From the human T2T-CHM13v2.0 reference genome, Homo sapiens, in NCBI RefSeq assembly GCF_009914755.1, contig NC_060936.1: a stretch of DNA of 64,000 nt; one strand, 5' to 3'. The notes below the pieces were generated by a model. It saw only the letters and a program-made list of their open reading frames with translations. It was not told where the DNA came from and ran no database searches. Of the stretch, positions 62,453 through 64,000 are shown one piece after another (positions within the stretch are counted from its first letter, which is position 1; each line of letters begins with the position of its first letter). A program made the translations under genes and the position numbers.

Positions 62453-64000
62453 TCATTTTAACCATTTTCAAGTGTGCAATTCAGTGGCTTTAAACACATG
62501 CACACTGATGTACAATCATCACAATCCACCTCCAGAACTTTTTCAGCATCCCAAACTGAAACCCTGTATACCATTAAACAATAGCTCCCCATTGCCCCTA
62601 GCCCTGTCACTCACCATTCTACTTTGTCTATATGAGTTTGACTACTCTAGATATCTAAGTGGAAAAATACAATATTTGCCCTCATTTGTGATTTACTTCT
62701 TTAGATATACATTATGGTTTGCAAAATTCATTCATGTTGATGGACATTGCTATGGCTGTATATTTTCATTGCTGAATAGTAATCCATTGATTTATTTATC
62801 CTTTTTCTATTGCTAGACATTGGATTGTTTCTGGTTTCTTACTATCATTAATGCTGCTATAAACCTTTGAATATATCTATCCTGGTGTCCGTCTGCAAGG
62901 GGTTTTCTGTTGTATGTCCCTAGAAATAAAACTGATGGGTACGTACATTTTCAACTTTACTAAAGATGAACTGTCCAAAGTAGTTATTCTAATTTACACC
63001 TCCACAATCATTATTTCAAATTTACACTCCCACAATTATTATCCAAGTCAATATTTGCTAATTTCAGCACTTTTGCTCATCTAAAAGGTGTTAAAAAATA
63101 CAGACATCTTTATCAGACTAAGAAAGTGCGCTGTAACCTATCAAATGGTAAAGTGCATTAAATGCATTTCTAATTCAATCTAATTGTATTTATTTAATTT
63201 CTCATATTAAACCAACTCTCCCTTCCTGGGATAAACTGAATTGTGTCATGATTTATTATCATCTTCCAGATTGAGCCTGGTAACATTTTGTTTAGGATTT
63301 TTGTATTTGTGTCATGAATGCACTTCCATTTTCCTTTCTCATAATATCTTCAGATTATCCATTTAACTCAAAATGACTTAAGGAGTGTTCCCCCTTTTGT
63401 CATGCTCTAGAAGAATCTGTATTAAGTGTGAAATTATTTCTTTACCTCTGAATGAAAAACTAGCATATAAAGACTTATGGACCTAGAATTTTCTTTCTGG
63501 GAATATTTATAACCACTGATTTAATTTCTTAAATGATTATAGGACTATTCAGGTTTTCTACTTCTTCATGAAAACAGTTTAATTTTTTTCTGGCTATTTG
63601 TCTAATTCATCTAAGTTTTCTAATATATTGGCATAAAAAGTTGCTCAAATAATGTCATTTATTGTTAAAGTCATGTCTCCCTTTTCATTCTTAATATTTA
63701 TTATTTATGCCTTTTGTTCTTCTTGACATATCAGATAATTGTCAATTTTATCAGTTTTCAAAGAAATCTACTGTGACTTGTTCATTTATTTAATAAATAC
63801 TGAGAGGCTAACATGTGCCTCTTATTTGAGATATAAAAGTAAACAAAAATCCTTGCACTTACAATTCAAATGTAAACAGGAAGGCAAAAACAATATACTA
63901 AAATTTAAAATAAATTATACAATATTTTAAGGAGTGATAAGTGATATGGAAGAAAGTAGGGGGACTCCAGATGGCTGGTGTAGTTGTGAAAGGGACGAAA

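Noticed and set aside
62990-63047. ~28-bp tandem duplication aatttacac...
   Set aside because: Trivial slippage duplication in an old L1M fragment.

Overview
Primate (most likely human) genomic DNA from the body of the minus-strand gene DNAI7 (CASC1/LAS1, dynein axonemal intermediate chain 7; 12p12.1 in human, from recall). Ten consecutive coding exons (46156 down to 4091) splice in frame through GT-AG introns. The start and end of the gene lie outside the window. The rest is intron filled with retroelements: about 30 Alus, a full-length decayed L1PB (19.9-27.5 kb), and a second L1PB (47.9-60.4 kb) lacking ORF1 and carrying a 6.3-kb HERV-H provirus with both LTRs, a tRNA-His PBS, a TSD and a largely retained env. 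There are also two solo LTRs, Charlie1/MER DNA transposons and microsatellites. Nearly all ORFs in the track are Alu, L1, ERV or simple-repeat artefacts. I see no evidence of a new protein-coding system. The most interesting unexplained structures are: a ~470-bp inverted repeat bracketing a frame-symmetric exon; a candidate 21-nt poison microexon; a TSD-flanked L1/unique-sequence retro-chimera with its own poly(A) signal; a 71-bp orphan poly(A) insertion; and a local inverted duplication plus AT-rich palindrome inside the second L1. Repeat subfamily names are from recall of consensus sequences, not from a database search.
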